NCBI GenBank assembly: GCA_024679065.1
Contig: JAGIQG010000009.1
Coordinates: 22,692,001 to 22,756,000 of the forward strand
Length of the DNA stretch: 64,000 nt
DNA from: Sphyrna mokarran
Taxonomy: Eukaryota
Reading direction: 5' to 3'
Made by a program: the position numbers and the translations under genes. The notes below the pieces were generated by a model. That model was not told the origin of the DNA. It saw only the letters and a list, made by a program, of their open reading frames with translations, and made no database searches. Below, one piece after another: positions 12,730 to 24,167 of the stretch. Position 1 is the stretch's first letter, and each line of letters begins with the position of its first letter.

Positions 12730-14420
12730 ATGTGATCCCTCACATGAAAGGACAGAATGATAGAATCTACCCTGTTGACCCTTCAACATATTGTTCCAGA
12801 AAACTATCCTATAAACACTCCAAAAATTCCTCCTCTATTGTATCGTGACTAAATTTGACTCACCCAAACTATATGCAGATTAAAGCCGCTCATGATCACA
12901 GATGTTCCTTTATCACATGTATCTCTGATTTCCTGTCTAATGCTATTCCTAACATTATAGCTACAATTTGATGGTCTATATACCACCCCTTGAATGTTTT
13001 TTGCTCCTTGATGTTTCTTAACCCATACTGATGCCATAATCACCTGTGCTAATATCTTGCCTTAATATTGTAACAGTATCTTCTTCAATCAACCATGCAA
13101 CTCCACCACCTTTTCCTTTCTGTCAGTCCTTCCTGAATAGACCTCAATGTTTAGTTCCCATCCTTGATCACCTTGGAACCATGCCTCCTCAATCCCAACT
13201 ATATCATACCCCTTTACGTCTATCTGTGCAATTTTATTTTGAATGCTGAGCATTCAGGTATGAAACCTTAAGGCTAGTCCTTGTAAAGTTCCTCATCCTG
13301 TTCCTACTATTTTGTACTGTGTCCTGATCCGATTCTGCCCCTTGATTTCTCTGCCCATCATCTTTCTTATTCTCTTTGCTATCTTTTTCCTGTTGTTCTT
13401 GATTCCTCTGCTCTGAATCCTTACATAGGTTTCCATCCTCTTGCTATATTAGTTTAAATCCTCAGTGCCTGCCCTCCTTCCCTGAGGACATTAATTCCAA
13501 TCCCACCCAGGTGTAAACCATCCACTTTTTATAGGTCTCATCTCTTCCAGAAAATGTCCCAATGCTCCAGGAATCTGAAACCTTCCCCCTCACACCATCT
13601 TTTCAGCCACATATTCATACTTTATAACCTGCTCTTCTACTCTGACCAGCATGTGATAAAGGTAGTAATCCTGAAATTTTACCTCTGATGTCCTACTTTT
13701 CAACTTCCTAACTCCCTATATTCTGCTTTTAAAATCTCAATCTTTTTTTAATCAATATCACTTGTATCAAGATATATCATGACAACTAGCTGTTCTTCTC
13801 CCTTCAGGATGTCCTACAGTGCTCTGAGACATCCTTGACCCTAATACCAGGGAGGCAACATACCATCCTAGAGTCTGTTTTGAGGCTGCAAAAACTCCAA
13901 TCTATTTTCTTCACAATTGAATCCTGTATGACTATTGTATTTTTACACCTTTTCCTCCTCTCCTGTACAACAGAACCACCCATGGTGCTATAGATTTGGC
14001 TGCTGCTGTTATTGCCTGAGAGGCCATTCCCCTCAACAGTATCCAAAGCAGTACATCTGTTTTGCAGAAGAAAAGCCACAGGAAATTCCTGCAATGCTTG
14101 CCTAGTCGTCTTACTCTGTCTAGTAGTCATCCATTCCCTTCCTGCCCATGGAGTCTGAGCCTGCAGTGTGATCATTTCTTTATACATGCCACCCACGACA
14201 CTCTCCACCTCCCAGGTAGTCCACATGTCCCCAGACGCTACTTCAACTCTGATATGTGGCTTCCAGGAGCTAAAGCTGGAGACACTTCTAGCACACAGTT
14301 GGTCCTGGGAACTGAGAACATTCCTGATCTCCTACGTGGAATAAGAAAAGTTGACCATGGTTTGGAGTTCTCCTGCTATGTCTTACCCCTTTAAGTTAAA
14401 TCAATCCTTTTCATATCAAA
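12730..14420 (-). mobile_element. CR1 LINE 5' portion: ORF1 (SGNH esterase) and start of ORF2 endonuclease, degenerate
   Basis: IVIQDSIVK...DSRMVCCLPGIRVKDVSE (CR1 ORF1 esterase); GVVYRPSN...IMSGFNLH (APE). Confidence 0.85.
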
Positions 14421-14514
14421 CAGTATCAGCCTGGGCCTTTCCTCTGGTCTGAAGTTGTTTGAGGATTTCTTAAGCGCACAGGATGTCACCTAGTTAGTAA
14501 GATGTCATCGAGAG

Positions 14515-14865
14515 GAGGTGATGGCCTAGTGGTATTGTCTCTACACTACTAATCCAGAAACTCCAACTGATGTTCTGGGGACCAGGATTCAAATCCCGCC
14601 ACCACAGTTGGTGGAATTTGAATTAGATAAAAAAAAAGTCTGGAATTAAGAATCTATAGATAATCATTGTCGATTGTCGAAAAAATCCACCTGATTCGTT
14701 AATGCCCCGGTCTGACTGAAATATGACTCCAGAGCCACAGCAATGTGATTGACTCTCAACTACCATCTGAAATGGCCTAGCAAGTCATTCAATTCGAGGG
14801 CAATCAGAGATGGGCAATAAATGTTGGCCAGCTAGCAATGCCTGTGTTCCATGAATGAATAAATA
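14515..14865 (+). mobile_element. tRNA-derived SINE, family C
   Basis: A box tggcctagtgg, B box ggattcaaatcc, tail gggcaat..gatgggcaataaatg..atgaatgaataaa; other copies at 16163, 35787, 42251. Confidence 0.75.
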
Positions 14866-15139
14866 AGAAGTTTACAGAGTTTTGCATGGCTTCATCCATA
14901 TTTTAAGGATATTTTTGTTGTATCCCCATCCCTTTCAATTCCAGAAGAGGCAGGTAACCTGCTCATGTGCTCTTGATCAAACTGCTAGAACAGGTGCTAG
15001 AGTTTCCAATTTTCTTATGAAAAAATACTTTTAGTTAATACTTCTCACAATGATACAACAATAGTCTTGCAAGATGCCATATTCAGAAGTCTCTGACCAC
15101 CTATACCACCAATTCAGTACCGTATTGTCCTTAATATGA

Positions 15140-15575
15140 GCATATGAATTAGGAGCAGGGGTAGGCCACTCAGCTCCTTGAGCCAGCTTCATCATTCGAG
15201 AAGACCATAGCTCACCTGATTGTTATCTCAACCCCATATTCCTGCCTATTCCTGAGAATCATTCAACATCCCCTCTGCATCTGTCCAGCACTGCCTTAAA
15301 AATATCTAACAATTCTACTTCCATTGCTCTTCAGGAAGAAAATTCCAGAGACTGAATCCCCTGAGAGAAAAAAAAAATCTCCTCATCACTGTCTTAAATG
15401 AGCAACCCTTATTTTTAAATAGCAACCCCCAGGTTCTAGATCCTCTGACAGGAGGAAGCATTCTCTCCACTTCCACCCAGGCAAAATTCTTCAGGAAATT
15501 AGAGTTTTCGATCAAGTCCCCTTTCACTCTCGTAAATTCTAATGGATACGAACCTAACTTCTCCAACCATTCCTA
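15140..15575 (-). mobile_element. CR1 LINE 3' fragment
   Basis: LEFTRVKGDLIE...RRFFFSLR...LWNFLP; CR1 tail. Confidence 0.85.
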
Positions 15576-15611
15576 GTTTTGACGACTTATGTGCCACGTT
15601 TTCTCTTGCAG

Positions 15612-15744
15612 GGTGTCCCTCTGTGCAGCAGTGTTCTGTTGGTATTGGCTCCCGATTTCTGCTCAGCTCCATTCTCACCGAGATTGTGAATTTGATCAGC
15701 AGTCTTGCCACTGACACTACTGTCAAAATCTTTGAAAAAATTAG
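15612..15744 (+). CDS. SZT2: SZT2 exon (GCPSVQ...SRFLLSSILTE...VKIFEKI)
   Basis: ttctcttgcag acceptor, ag|gtaggt donor, phase 1-2. Confidence 0.92.
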
Positions 15745-15945
15745 GTAGGTTTCGATTTGTTTGTGATGTGGACTATAGAAATTGATGTTTTGGGACTCTG
15801 TTGCTCATATGTTTGAACTCAACTCAAATCAAAACAATGCAGAAATAGTGCTAAGCCCTTTGTACTCTAAATAGATAAAACTATTAAAAGATGCTTTGCT
15901 ATGTCCTTTAGGCGTGTGAAAATTTTCTGTGTATTTTTTATTGGT

Positions 15946-16094
15946 CTCATGACACCAGGTTAAAATCCAACAGGTTTATTTGGTAGCAGGAGCTTTCGGA
16001 GGGCTGCCCCTTCATCAGGTGAGTGCACTTTTAACCTGCTGTTGTGAGACTTCTTACTGTGCCTACTCCAGTCCAGTGCCAGCATTCTCACATC
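15946..16094. mobile_element. Small PLE-derived element (inverted pLTR pieces) with hammerhead on - strand
   Basis: ctcatgacaccaggtta / taacctgctgttgtgag inverted ends; - strand cac CTGATGA a ggggcagccctcc GAAA gc TC. Confidence 0.7.
15986..16024 (-). ncRNA. Minimal hammerhead ribozyme, catalytic core intact
   Basis: CUGAUGA (16018-16012), stem II GGGG/CUCC, GAAA (15997-15994), palindromic AGCU stem III, CUC triplet; stem I weak. Confidence 0.65.
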
Positions 16095-16162
16095 ATATCT
16101 TTTATTGCTCATGTTCTAGCTTTCATTTGCAATGGATTTGTCACTGTTGCAACTAAAGGTTT

Positions 16163-16530
16163 ATTTATTTTTTTAATTCATGCATGGGACATAGGCATCG
16201 CTAGCTGGCCGGCTTTATTGTCCATCCCTAGTTGCCCTTGTTCAGAGGGCAGTTGAGAGTCAACCACATTGCTGTGACTCTTGAGTCACATGCAGGCCAG
16301 ACCAAGTAAAGGGATTTCCTTCCCTAAAAGACATTAATGAACTAGATGGGTTTTTTCGACATTGACAATAGTTTCATGGTCATCAGTAAATTCTTAATTT
16401 CAGATATTTTTTATCAAATTAAAATTCCATCATCTGCCATAGTGGGGTTTGAACCCAGGACCCCAGAATATTAGTTGAGTTTCTGGATTAATAGTCTGGC
16501 AACTATACTACCAGGCCATCACCTCCCTGC
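16163..16530 (-). mobile_element. tRNA-derived SINE, family C
   Basis: Reverse complement of the 14515 family. Confidence 0.75.
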
Positions 16531-16660
16531 ACGTAAGAAATCTCTGTCTTTCCGTCTGCCTTTTCTGTCTGCCTCGCCCAAGCAACATGGACCTATGCCT
16601 TTCTATGGAAATGAAAAATATACCCATGACTACGCAGAATTTGGAACCATGTACACAACA

Positions 16661-17356
16661 AAGATAAAGAAATCCCACAACACCAGCTTAAAGTCCAAAC
16701 AGGTTTATTTGTAGCAAATACCCCAAGCTTTTGGGACAGCCTGTCCCTTCGTCAGGTAGCGGGGCATTCTGATTGTAAAAATGACACACAGACACAAACT
16801 CAATTTACATGTATAATGATTGGAATGTGTGTCTTTACAGCTAATCAATTCTTAAAAATACAGACAACACGTATGGAAAGGGCTTTAAGGACAGGTTACA
16901 GAGATGTATATTGTTTCCAGCCCAGACTTAGTGAGATTTTGCAAGTTCAGACAAGTTGTGGAAGTTACAGATAGTGAGACATGAACCTTGGAGAACACTT
17001 ACCTGAAGGCCAGATGCCCGTGACTGCTAAAGTGTTCCCCAACAGGAAGAGAACAGCCTTGCCTTGTGACTGTCGAATGGTGTTCATTCATCCGCTGTTG
17101 TAACGTGAGAACGGCCTCAACTGGGATCTTGGGTTCATGTCACACTGTCTGTAACCCTCACAACTCGCCTGGACTTGCAAAATTGAGTTTGTTTCTGTGT
17201 CATTTTTCCGACTAGAACTTCTAGCCACCTGACCAAGGGACAGGCTGTCCCGAAAGCTTGTGGTGTTTGCTACAAATGAACCTGTTTGGACTTTAAACTG
17301 GTATTGTGGGATTTCTTTGTGTTTTATCTCAGTTCAATGCCGGCATCTCCATATCG
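16661..17356. mobile_element. Penelope-like element, truncated, with inverted pLTR arms
   Basis: - strand LQQRMNEHHST...LPVGEHFS (PLE C-terminus); arms 16661-16810 and 17180-17328 are reverse complements; a hammerhead in each arm. Confidence 0.8.
17224..17264 (+). ncRNA. Hammerhead ribozyme (G8C core mutant); sister copy 16720-16760 on - strand (GAAA>AAAA)
   Basis: GCCAC CUGACCA A GGGACA GGC UGUCCC GAAA GCU U GUGGU: stems I and II fully paired. Confidence 0.7.
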
Positions 17357-17891
17357 CAACAAAGCTGCCAGAGACTTGTCTGGTTAAAGTGCCTTTCAAG
17401 CTCTGCAGCAATGAGTGTACGTTCTGCTACAAAAGTGTTACAGAATTCTGCAAGGCATTGTGTTATGCTTGGGGCAGGATAGTAGGCGCTGTGTTTTGTC
17501 CTTTTCACGTGGAGTAATGTAACTTGATCTCCATGGCTTTAAATTACTTGCTAGCTTCAGAGGGGTGAAGAATAATTGAGCAAAAAATTTCTCTTCCCAC
17601 CCATCACCTATGGTAGTAGCTATACCTTCAATTTTTGGGTCTCAACTCTGAACTTTCCTTCCTTAACCTCTGAATCTCCAATGCTCTCCTACCTCTTTGA
17701 AATCCATCTTAAATTCCACCATTTGGGCAAAACGTTTGGTCATCCCCACCCCCAGTAATTCAAAAGTTGTTGTCATCATTATTCCAGCAATACTGTAGGA
17801 GACTGCAGCCACATGATTGTTAACTCTTCTGAGGCTTTGTATTTTCTGAATCAAACTTTACCCCTCTTTTCTCTCTTTCATCGTACTTTAG

Positions 17892-18019
17892 CTCTCCACA
17901 TGGTTCTACTTTCCTGCCATATTCTCTCAGTCAACACTCCAGTACTCGACCTGGTTCTGCTAGACAGTTTATTCTGATTGGACGTAATTTCCATCAGTGG
18001 CGTTACAGTACTGAACAAG
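17892..18019 (+). CDS. SZT2: SZT2 exon (SSPHGSTF...FILIGRNFHQWRYSTEQ)
   Basis: Long pyrimidine tract + tttag, g|gtatgt donor, phase 2-1. Confidence 0.9.
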
Positions 18020-19030
18020 GTATGTTTTAAATACTATTGGTTTGGTGTGTGCCTCCTCTTGCAAACCGAGTTAGCCAGGTGACGACAGTGCAAATCCAAA
18101 TTGATCTTTGGTTTGTGAGACACTACTTAGTAGTAGTCAGATGTTAAATGAAGCAGATCACTGCATGCCTTCATATTCACACACTGAGGTGAACAATAAG
18201 ATTTGGATTTTCATACATAAATACACACGGGAGAGATTGACTAGTTGTCATGTAGTCAATGCTGACAATATAATTGGAATCCTAGCCAACGGCTATCAGG
18301 TTTTTAAAGACGAAAGTAATGCATGTTAAGAATTGCTTATGCACAACTGGAACCAACGTTCCTGGAGGGGAATGATCATTTTGCTCTGTTAACTGAGAGG
18401 TCTTGCATGTTGCTTTTGTTGCAAGAACAATGGTTTGTATCCAGAAGTGTGGAGATGAAAGTATTTCTGCTTTCTAGTGACTGCTAATTATGACATGTGG
18501 CAGAAAAACGAAGGGAAAGAAAGTCATTTTAAATGTGTGTCCAATTTGAAATTTGAAAGTACGTAGTTAGAATTCTTGGAACATTTAAATTGAATAATTA
18601 TGTTAGCCTCTCTTGCTGAGAAGTCAGAATTTTTCTTCTGCATAATAAATTGCATTTCAGTGAATGGCTTTGAGCACATTGTGAGAAATCACCTTACTCT
18701 GACAGTGATGATGTCTCATTCTTAAGTAAAGTTTAATAATAGATATATTGTGGGCCATTTTCAAATGTGGCAATCATAAAAAAAAGTGTTTAATTGCAGC
18801 AATCAATCAATTTGGCATGGATTGTAACACAATGGGTATAATAAATTACAGAAGATAAGATCTTGTGCATTAAATCAACTTACCTGTCCAATTACTGAGT
18901 GAGTCCTCTTCTTTAGTATTGAAGCCTCATTGTGTCCGAGTAAGTGCCAAGTACTTGAGAGTCATAACTGTTAATTTTCTCTGTCATGCTCTGCTGTGCT
19001 GTGCCTGCTCATATTTTATGTGCCCAACAG

Positions 19031-19078
19031 TTGACTGTGATGGTGATGAGAGCAGATCTTTGGTAAATAATGTCAAAC
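19031..19078 (+). CDS. Candidate 48-nt SZT2 cassette exon (VDCDGDESRSLVNNVK)
   Basis: UGC-rich pyrimidine tract + caacag, aac|gtaagt donor, stop-free and frame-preserving in the phase-1 intron. Confidence 0.5.
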
Positions 19079-20029
19079 GTAAGTCTCACCAGATGTTTTT
19101 ATGGTGATAATGGTGGTGGGTTAAGCTTGTGAAAGAATATCTTTCTTTAGATAGCAATGTTATGCTGTTCAGATGAAGAAATTAGGCATTGTCTGTGAAG
19201 CACCATATACATCTCTCTCAATTAGATGGAGAGACAAAATTGGTTTATGTAGCTTGAGTGGGCATCACTCCACCTCAAAATGGGGCAAGGCAAAGAGATC
19301 AGCCTCTGTGAACTACCACAGACATCACTTCTGGCATCATTCAGCACCACTTAATACTATCTAGCCAATGAGCTAACCAACTCCTACTGCTGTTTCTAAT
19401 TTTTATAATTTATGTATCTCACTGAGACCACAATATGGGAGTCCAACATATAGTAATTTGTGCTCTAGAAGGCATACTGCTGAAATAAAGAGCACGAGAT
19501 ATAGGAGAGGCATAGACTGTTTAACTTCTGGAGCCTGCTCCTCCATGCAATACTATCATGATTGATCTTCTACCTCAACTATTCATATCCCTTGATTTCA
19601 TGAGACTAAAAGTACATTGAGCTTGGTCTTAAATGTATTTAAGATTACAATTTATGTCATAAAATCTGAACAGTGTTGCTCATTTTCCCATTGAAAATGA
19701 CTATTTGTATATAGGATTGTAATAGAAATCATCCCAAATGTATTTGATTCACCAATCCCTAGAGAAAAAATGATAACTTCAACACCTCTATGCAAATGAA
19801 ATTATCTTGCACTGCTCATGTTGATGTTATTGTATCCTGGAACTGCAGCACTGAAAAAATGCACTTATATTAGTGAAAGGTAAGATTGAGCTAAAATTGT
19901 CCTACACTCCTTCATTAACCAAATAATTTTTCTTCACTAATGGGGATCTGGAACCAAATGTGAAATGCTGTGGGCCATGACACCAACCAGCTGAGATGTT
20001 GAACATATGCTCCAGAACTTGTTGCATCC

Positions 20030-21075
20030 CTCGTAACCTGCTCTAGTAGAGCAATGCTAGCATCTACCTGCCAGTACGAAAAATTGCCCCGTTGTTTCCT
20101 GCCGACAAAAAATAGGAACATCTAACCAACTGCCATCAGCTCATCTTCAATCATTAGCGAAATGATAGAATCAGTAGTCAACCACGCCACGAAGCAGCAT
20201 CTACTCACAAGTAACTTGGTCACTGATGCTCAGTTTGGATTCTGTCAAGTTCAGACCTTTTACCTGTTTAGGTCAAAATACAGACATAGGCTAAATATAG
20301 AGTAAGATGTAAGTGACTGTCTTTGAAATTAAGACAGCATTTAATGGTTGGAGCACTGAAGAGCCTTAGTAAAACTAAAGTCACTATTGATTGGGGAAAA
20401 AGACTTCAGTTGCTAGATTCATATCTCATACAAAGGAATGTGATTGTGGTTGTTGAAGGCCAATCTCCTTAGTCCCAGCTGTTTTCTGGCAGCAGCTTAG
20501 AGCCCAGCTATCGTTAGCTGCATTGTCAATGATTCTGTCACTCTTGAAGTCAGAATTAGGACAATACTTTGATGTATATACATTATACAGCTTGCATTTG
20601 TAAAGCCTCATAATATCCAGGATAACATCCAGCTTTGAGTGGCAAAGTGGTTAGCATTGCTGCCTCACAGCACCAGAGAAATGGGTTCAATTCAGGTGAC
20701 AGTCTGTGTGGAGTTTGCATATTCTCCCCTGTCTGCCATAGTTGAAATGCACATTAGCTAGATTGACCATATTCAATTCCCCCTTAGTGTAGGGGACTAG
20801 CAGGGTAAATACATGGGGTTATGGGGATAGGGTCTAAATGGGGTTGTTGTGGGTGCAGACCAAATGGCCTCCTCCTGCACTGTAGGGATTCTATGATTCT
20901 AATAAGTGGCAAGTAACTTTTGTACCACACAAATGTCAGGCATTGACCATCTTCAAAGAATATAAGCACTATTCATTTTCATTTAATGGCATAAAAGCAC
21001 CTCATCATTGTAGGGGTCATTGTAGTAAAATAAACATCATAGCTGCAAGAGGCTAGGTATTTTGTGGCCAGTGAT
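20030..21075 (+). mobile_element. Old LINE RT fragment interrupted by a V-SINE (20640-20900)
   Basis: Degenerate DAQFGF, LFEIKTAF segments; host resumes at aagtggcaagtaac after the SINE tail gattctatgattcta. Confidence 0.65.
20640..20900 (+). mobile_element. HE1-like V-SINE (CR1-type tail A)
   Basis: tRNA head, gtgtggagtttgca V core, aatggcctcctcctgcactgtagggattctatgattct tail. Confidence 0.8.
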
Positions 21076-21599
21076 TTTCCTCTCCAATAAAATTTGTTTC
21101 TAATATAATTGAGGTTTTTTGTTTTTTTTCACTTGACTGTCAATGGTTTGTCTAATTGCCTATTGCTCCCAGACAAGACTTCATGTGGGTGATCTATCCG
21201 TTAGCCCCCCCTTATTCTGTCAAATGCTTAACTTCATGGGAATGAGCCGATCTAAGTGATTTAAAGTCAACACCTGCAGTGAATTTGTACTTGTCTTTCA
21301 CCCTGAACTACCACTTGATGGAACAGCTAAAATAGGTAGCTATCTTTCTGGGGAAACAAAAGTGCAATCTGGTTTGCCGGTCTGGTATGTTAAAACTCCA
21401 ATGTATGGTGCTTCCCCGACTTGCTTTATTTTTAATTTGAAGGATACGAAGATGCTAGTTCCGATATGAATCATTATTTTTCTTATTACTTGAAAATCTA
21501 GTATATTAAAAAGGTAAATGAACTTGTTATAGTTTTGTAGTATGCTAATACTGTTACTTTCTCTCTCCCTCCCTCCCTCTCGCAAAATAAAACATGAAG

Positions 21600-21739
21600 C
21601 TCACAAGGGGTTTCAGAGGTTTGAGGCATTGGAGTTCAGTACGGCTGAGAAATCGGGTGATCCCTCCAGTGTAGGAGTTAGTGGGAGAGGTATGGTCCCC
21701 CGGCAACGATTCCTCGTAATTGACATCATTGATAAGAAG
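21600..21739 (+). CDS. SZT2: SZT2 exon (AHKGFQRFE...VPRQRFLVIDIIDKK)
   Basis: aag acceptor after a displaced pyrimidine tract, aag|gtatct donor, phase 1-0; similar to human AKAMQRFE...PRQRLLLLEVVDKK. Confidence 0.85.
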
Positions 21740-21869
21740 GTATCTAAACCGCAACCTCGTTAACTTCCTTTACTACTACAGTAAGAGTGATGTTGAAATT
21801 CCTCTTGTTGACCGAGTTTCCCAAAAATGTAACTTAAATCTAAATCAGGACTCCTTATTTGATCAAAGC

Positions 21870-22525
21870 AAATTATCGTGTATGCTGGAATCTGAAACGA
21901 AAACATAAAATGCTGGAAAATCTCGGCGGTCTGCCAGTGTCTGTGGAGGGACAGCAGAGCTAACATTTAAGAACATAAAACATAAGAAATAGGAGCAGGA
22001 ATAGACCATCTAGCCCCTCGAGCCTGCCCCACCATTCAGTAAGATTATGACTGATCTGCAGTGGATCAGTTCCACTTTCCCGCTTTCTCCCCATAACCCT
22101 TAATTCTCTTGTCTATCAGAAATTTATCTACCCATGACTTAAATATATTCAGCGAGGAAGCCTCCATCACTTCAATGGGCAGAGAATTCCAGGAATTCAC
22201 CACCTTTGAGTGAAGAAGTTCCTCCTCAACTCGGTTCTAAACTGCCCCCCACCCCCTGTTATTTTGAGGCTGTGCCCTCTAATTCTGGTTTCCTTTCTAA
22301 GCAAAAAGAATCTCTCTACCTCTACCCTATCTAGCCCCTTCATTATCTTGTAAGTCTCTATAAGATCCCCCCCTCAGCCTTCTAAACTCCGACGAGTACA
22401 GACCCAGTCTATTTAATCTCTCCTCATAAGAGAGGAGAAACTTTCGAGTTTGGTTGACCCTTTGTCAGTGTTCTCTCTTCACACGTGCTCTCAGATCTGC
22501 AGAGATTTTCTGTTTCTTGTTTGAT
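21870..22525. mobile_element. PLE-derived inverted element split by a CR1 3' fragment (21968-22430, - strand)
   Basis: atgctggaaaatctc...agagctaacattt [CR1] ctttcgagtttggttgaccctttgtcag...gcagagattttc; the CR1 piece is the reverse complement of the 46400-46858 subfamily. Confidence 0.7.
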
Positions 22526-22873
22526 ACTTGTGTTAAATTTTTAAATAAAATTATTGACAGCAAGAATTTTCCTGTATATTTCCTAAAGATGAGAAGAATT
22601 GCCTGTTATAGTTAATGTTAAAACTGCCTTATTTGTCAGTATTTATTAAGTGAAGTAAAAAGTGTTGCAAATTCCGTCAATACTTGTAAAGAGAAAAGAC
22701 AAGATTCCTGTTTTAGGTGTACACCTTTGCTCAGAAATGTGAAATTGTTTTATTTTTCACCATGCTAATACTTCAGTATTTGAATCTTTTCCCTTTAAAT
22801 GTTATTATTCGTTGTTTTGCCCCTTTTTAAAGTGTTTTTGTTTTTGCGTGCTGATGTGCTCTCACTTTTCCAG

Positions 22874-23056
22874 CTAACCCTGTACACCTATAACTGGTCG
22901 GTGGATCTGGGAGTGTCATTGAATCGAGGATTGATTCGTCTCATTCAGTGGCAGAATGCACGCTCTCACGTCGTGCACTGTCTCCTCAGTCAAAAGATGG
23001 GGCTCTTCCATCACTACTGTTTTGCTGATACACCTGTATACGATGACTCCAAACAG
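22874..23056 (+). CDS. SZT2: SZT2 exon ([13 protein letters not shown]...QKMGLFHHY...SKQ)
   Basis: ttttccag acceptor, cag|gtaatg donor, 183 nt, phase 0-0. Confidence 0.93.
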
Positions 23057-23089
23057 GTAATGCACTTCAATATCGCACTGACAAATGTT

Positions 23090-24167
23090 GGGCAGAATAC
23101 TCCCCAAAAATTCTAAGAGTTAAATTTGTGGGAAAGCTGGAGCAGTTCACGCTGTTCTTCTCAGTGGGGGTTTCACGCTTGAATCTCCCACACTTGATGC
23201 CAAGCAGAGGCCATCTGTGCTTGGTGTGTGTCCAAGCAGGTGAATGTCATTAGTTTTCAGGGGCCTGTTCCCACCCAGCAGGCCTGTGGGCACACACAGT
23301 GGCTCCGAACTGTCAGTCTCCTGTTTCCTGGCTGGCTTGATCACTAGCCAGCCCAGAGACCCACAGTGCTACCCCCGCAACCCTTTCACAGGCCCCTTGA
23401 TTGTTCTCAGGGCAGCCTCGACAAACAACAGCCCCCCCCGCCCCCACAACCACCACACCACCACCCCTGTCCCCACCCGGTCCAGATTGCTCCAGCCTCT
23501 CTCAACCCCTCCCAACCTCATAATGTAGACACTCCAATCCCAACCCCCAGCCTGCCCTGATCCCTGGTTTCCCTCCTGCCCCTATGATCCCTATTGCAGA
23601 GTGGCAGCGGGACCCTCCTAACCCACCGATTTGCCTCCAAGGACCCGCCGGCCCCATATGCGCTGGCCCTTTGGTGATGCCTTATGTCTGATGGGGTGTG
23701 GTGTCCCTTGGGCATGGGCACTTTTCCCTTGGGCAATGCCAGGAAGCACTGGGCGGCATTGCCAGGGTGCTCATGCCCAGGGGACACCACACCATTATCT
23801 ACTGCTGATCCCTCTGGGGGGCCTCCGATTACCCTCCCCTCACTCAGTCAGGCCGCTAGTTCCTCAAAAGTGGGGAGCTAGTGTAATCCCCACTGGAGTT
23901 GAAACACTCCGGTGAGGTGGGAGATGTTAGCGGACCCGGACAATTCAGTCCTAGGCCGGCTATTAGTGTTTAAATAGTACTCTAAACACTATTTAAATGC
24001 TGACCCTCCTGCTATTTGATTTCATGCAGAAGCTGCCTGAAATCCACCCCTGGGTGACACAAGCACAGCACGAACGCTCGTGGGAACCCCACGGATCAGC
24101 TAACATGCAATTCTTCCAGCCTGTTAATGCTAAAAACTTAGTGCAGCAGGATGGGAGAATCGCAGCC
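23090..24167. mobile_element. Non-autonomous DNA transposon (PIF/Harbinger-like MITE)
   Basis: Imperfect TIRs gggcagaatactccc / gggagaatcgcagcc, 3-bp TSD gtt on both sides, GC-rich interior. Confidence 0.65.

Noticed and set aside
14515-14600. tRNA genes
   Set aside because: A and B boxes belong to SINE heads; no cloverleaf.
21740-21750. U12-type donor (gtatct)
   Set aside because: GTATCTAA does not match GTATCCTT and no U12 branch site precedes the next exon.
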